In this document: in pieces, positions 25,434-28,528 of the stretch
Numbering within the stretch: position 1 is the stretch's first letter
Layout of the letters: each line of letters begins with the position of its first letter
Source: Candidatus Eiseniibacteriota bacterium
GTDB taxonomy: Bacteria; Eisenbacteria; RBG-16-71-46
Direction of reading: 5' to 3'
DNA: 28,528 nucleotides
Assembly (NCBI GenBank): GCA_041483195.1
Contig: JBGPFC010000044.1
Span: forward strand, 1 to 28,528
Translations under genes and position numbers: made by a program
Notes under the pieces: model-generated
Databases searched by the model: none
Told to the model about the DNA's origin: nothing
What the model saw: only the letters and a program-made list of their open reading frames with translations

Positions 25434-28273
25434 TGCACACCCCCGTCGCGCGCTGGCTTCGCGACAGCCCGATCCGGCGCAAGATGGTGGCGATCACCAT
25501 GTTCACCAGCGGCGCCGCGCTGCTGCTCACGTGCGCCGTCATGTTCGCCTATGACCTGCACGCCCTGCGAGCCGACACGCTGCGCCGGCTCTCGACGCTC
25601 GCCGACATCATCGGCGCGAACAGCACCGCGGCTCTGACCTTCGACGACGAGGCCGCAGCTCGCGAGGTGCTCTCCGCCCTCGCACATCAGCGTTCGATCG
25701 TGACCGCCTGCGTCTATTCCCGGACCGGCGCGGCGTTCGCCGTGTACCGGCGCGCAGGCGACGCGAGCGGGTTCGTCCCGCCGCCCGCCCCCCGGGCGCC
25801 GATCCACGTCGGCTCGAACGACCTCAGCGTCTTCCGCCCCATCCTGCTCGACGGCCAGGAGATCGGCGCCGTGTACATCGAGAGCGACTCGGCCGAGATG
25901 CGCGAACACCGGGTCCGCTTCGGGACGATCGTGCTGGTGGTGATGGCGTTCGCGCTCCTCATCGCCTTCCTGCTCTCGGACCGCCTGCAGCGCGTGATCT
26001 CCGGGCCGGTGCTGGCGCTTGCTCAGGCGGCCAACAGGGTCTCCGTCGAGAAGGACTATGCGGTGCGCGTCGTCGAGACCGGCGAGGACGAGCTGGGGCA
26101 CCTGGTCGAGAGCTTCAACGGCATGATCGAGCAGATCCAGCTGCGTGACGAGGAGCTGCGCAGCCATGGCGAGCACCTCGAGGAGGAAGTCGCGAAACGC
26201 GTCGCCGAGTTGCACGAGATGAACGCCCAGCTCATCACGGCCCGCGACCGCGCCGAGGAGGCGAGCCGCACCAAGAGCGACTTCCTCGCGAACATGAGTC
26301 ACGAGATCCGCACGCCGCTCAACGGCGTGATCGGCATGACCGAGCTGGCGCTCGACACCGCGCTCACCGACGAGCAGCGCGACTACCTCGAGACCGTGAA
26401 GACCTCGGCCGAGAGCCTGCTCTCGGTGATCAACGACATCCTCGACTTCTCGAAGATCGAGGCGGGCAGGCTCGATCTCGACAACATCGAGTTCGCATTG
26501 CGCGAGAGCGTGGACAAGACCATGCGTACGCTCGCGCTGCGCGCGCACCAGAAGGGCCTCGAGCTGCTGTGCGACGTCCGCCCCGAGGCGCCCGAGCACC
26601 TGATCGGCGATCCGGGCCGGCTGCGGCAGGTGCTGCTCAACCTGACCGGCAACGCGATCAAGTTCACGGAGGCCGGCGAGATCGTCGTGGCGGCCGAGGT
26701 CGAGCGCGTCGGAGACGGCGAGGTGACGCTGCACTTCAGCGTCTCGGACACCGGGATCGGCATTCCGGCGGAGAAGCAGCAGCGCATCTTCGAGGCCTTC
26801 TCGCAGGCGGACGCCTCGACCACGCGAATCTACGGCGGCACCGGGCTCGGTCTCGCGATCTCGTCGTCGCTGGTCACGATGATGAAGGGACGGATCTGGG
26901 TCGAGAGCGAGCCCGGTCGTGGCAGCACGTTTCACTTCACGGCCGTGCTCGGGGTGCCGGCCGCCGCGCCGGCCGCCGCAGCCGTCGCCGACCCCGCGCT
27001 GCGCGGCATGCGCACGCTGATCGTCGACGACAGCGCCACCAACCGCCGCATCCTCCACGAAATGCTGGAGGGGTGGCAGATGATTCCGGTGGCGGTGGAA
27101 TCCGGCGAAGCCGCGCTCGAAGCGCTCCGCGCCGCGCACGCAGCGCACCGGCCATTCCAACTGCTGCTGCTCGACCGTCACATGCCGGTAATGGGTGGCT
27201 TCGCGCTTGCCGAGCGCATCCGGCAGCTGCCCCATGTCACGCGGCCCGCGACCATCATGCTCAGCTCCAGCGGCCACAAGGGGGACGCCGAGCGCGGCCG
27301 CCAACTCGGCATCGGCGTGCATCTCACCAAGCCCATTACCAAGCTCGAACTCGAGCTGGCGATCCGCCGGGTCGTGGGAAATGCCCCCCAGCCCGCGGAT
27401 TGGCCGCAGTCCGCAGCCGAAGTCGGGGCCGACGGCGCCACGACACCCGCCGCGCCCGCGGCGCCGTCCGTCCGCAGGCGGGTGCCGGCGGTGTTGCCTC
27501 GCGTCGACCACCCGGGGAGCGTGCTGGTCGCAGAGGACAACCCGATCAACCAGCGGGTGACGCTGCGGATGCTCGAGAAGCTCGGACACACCGTGGTGCT
27601 CGCGGCGAACGGCGAGGAGGCGGTGGCCGCGTTCCGTCGCCAGCAGTTCGATCTGGTGCTGATGGACGTCCAGATGCCGGTGATGGGCGGGTTCGACGCG
27701 ACCGCCGCGATCCGGGCGATCGAGGCAGCATCCGGCGCGCACGTTCCGATCATCGCGCTCACCGCGCATGCGATGAAGGGCGATCGCGAGGCGTGCCTGC
27801 TCGCCGGGATGGACGATTACGTGAGCAAGCCCATCAAGCGCGAGGAACTGATCGAGGTCATGAATCGCGTGATGATCCGGCGCGCCGGCAGCGACGCCGA
27901 GACCGACGCGCAAGGCGTGCCCTCGGCGCCGCACTTCTCGGTCAGGGACCTGCTCGCTCGCCTCGATGACCACGAGGACTTCGCGCGGGAGCTGGTCGGC
28001 CATTTCCTCACGCACGAGCCGGCGCTGCTCGCGGATGCGCACGAGGCCATCACGAGCGGGGATTGCGAGCGGCTCGAGCGAGCGGGGCGCAGGCTCAAGG
28101 ACGCGCTGCGCGTCATCGCGGCGGGACCCGCGGCGGATGCGGCGGAGCGGCTCGAAGTGATCGGAGGCAGCGGGAAGCCCACCGGCGGCGAGGCCGGATG
28201 GACGACGCTGGTCGATGAGCTCGCTCGCCTCGACCCCGAGCTGGAGGCGTTCGCGCTGCGCAAGGCGGCGTAG
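25433..28273 (+). CDS. Hybrid sensor histidine kinase: TM, CHASE8-like sensor, TM, HAMP, HisKA, HATPase, REC, REC, degenerate Hpt
   Basis: [10 protein letters not shown] (YfiN-like sensor), [39 protein letters not shown] and GGTGLGL, then two receiver domains. TGATG overlap with the yfiR-like gene. Confidence 0.95.
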   Translation: MHTPVARWLRDSPIRRKMVAITMFTSGAALLLTCAVMFAYDLHALRADTLRRLSTLADIIGANSTAALTFDDEAAAREVLSALAHQRSIVTACVYSRTGAAFAVYRRAGDASGFVPPPAPRAPIHVGSNDLSVFRPILLDGQEIGAVYIESDSAEMREHRVRFGTIVLVVMAFALLIAFLLSDRLQRVISGPVLALAQAANRVSVEKDYAVRVVETGEDELGHLVESFNGMIEQIQLRDEELRSHGEHLEEEVAKRVAELHEMNAQLITARDRAEEASRTKSDFLANMSHEIRTPLNGVIGMTELALDTALTDEQRDYLETVKTSAESLLSVINDILDFSKIEAGRLDLDNIEFALRESVDKTMRTLALRAHQKGLELLCDVRPEAPEHLIGDPGRLRQVLLNLTGNAIKFTEAGEIVVAAEVERVGDGEVTLHFSVSDTGIGIPAEKQQRIFEAFSQADASTTRIYGGTGLGLAISSSLVTMMKGRIWVESEPGRGSTFHFTAVLGVPAAAPAAAAVADPALRGMRTLIVDDSATNRRILHEMLEGWQMIPVAVESGEAALEALRAAHAAHRPFQLLLLDRHMPVMGGFALAERIRQLPHVTRPATIMLSSSGHKGDAERGRQLGIGVHLTKPITKLELELAIRRVVGNAPQPADWPQSAAEVGADGATTPAAPAAPSVRRRVPAVLPRVDHPGSVLVAEDNPINQRVTLRMLEKLGHTVVLAANGEEAVAAFRRQQFDLVLMDVQMPVMGGFDATAAIRAIEAASGAHVPIIALTAHAMKGDREACLLAGMDDYVSKPIKREELIEVMNRVMIRRAGSDAETDAQGVPSAPHFSVRDLLARLDDHEDFARELVGHFLTHEPALLADAHEAITSGDCERLERAGRRLKDALRVIAAGPAADAAERLEVIGGSGKPTGGEAGWTTLVDELARLDPELEAFALRKAA

Positions 28274-28343
28274 GCGCGGATGGTTGCGTCGGCGCGGATG
28301 GCGGCGCGGCGCGCGGCATGGGTCGCGGCGCGGGCGCGAAACC

Positions 28344-28433
28344 TGGCGGAGAGGGAGGGATTCGAACCCTCGAGGCGCTTACACGCCTAACGGTTTTCGA
28401 GACCGCCACCTTCAGCCACTCGGCCACCTCTCC
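28344..28433 (-). tRNA. tRNA-Ser(CGA)
   Basis: Anticodon arm GCGGT-CTCGAAA-ACCGT, long variable arm and CCA. Confidence 0.97.
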
Positions 28434-28528
28434 GCGCGAGTGTTTACACGAGTTTGCGGGGGTTCCGCAAGCGCGGCGGAGCGTGATGTAACGAGCAAGA
28501 CTATCTGTCCGGTTCCGGGCAGAACCAG

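Noticed and set aside
28273..28320. GGCGCGGATGG repeated at an 18-bp period
   Set aside because: Two short GC-rich copies, plausibly chance or slippage.
21015..28433. Integrative element bounded by attL/attR at tRNA-Ser
   Set aside because: Both copies are complete tRNAs with different anticodons, there is no integrase, and composition looks like the core genome.

Overview
High-GC bacterial window. The FlgD/T9SS-like C-terminal domains, the kinase-TolB protein and mglBA suggest an FCB-associated lineage such as Ca. Eisenbacteria; this is inference only. The window opens exactly at one end of a complete IS1380-family element (1-1679). Three tandem secreted beta-propeller genes follow on the minus strand, all ending in a T9SS-CTD/FlgD-like sorting domain. 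Two of them sit behind copies of a 173-bp, about 97% identical, structured promoter/leader element that is more conserved than the adjacent coding DNA. This is the most unusual signal in the window. The middle is a conserved minus-strand block: tRNA-Ala(CGC), ffs, dnaX, ybaB, recR, a CNNM/CBS gene, mglB, mglA, pgpA. Next come tRNA-Ser(GGA), an S10 peptidase and a Ser/Thr kinase. A plus-strand block (TPR-TlpA, TonB receptor, YfiR-like protein, hybrid histidine kinase with a His-less Hpt domain) lies between the two tRNA-Ser genes. All calls come from reading the sequence; no database searches were run.
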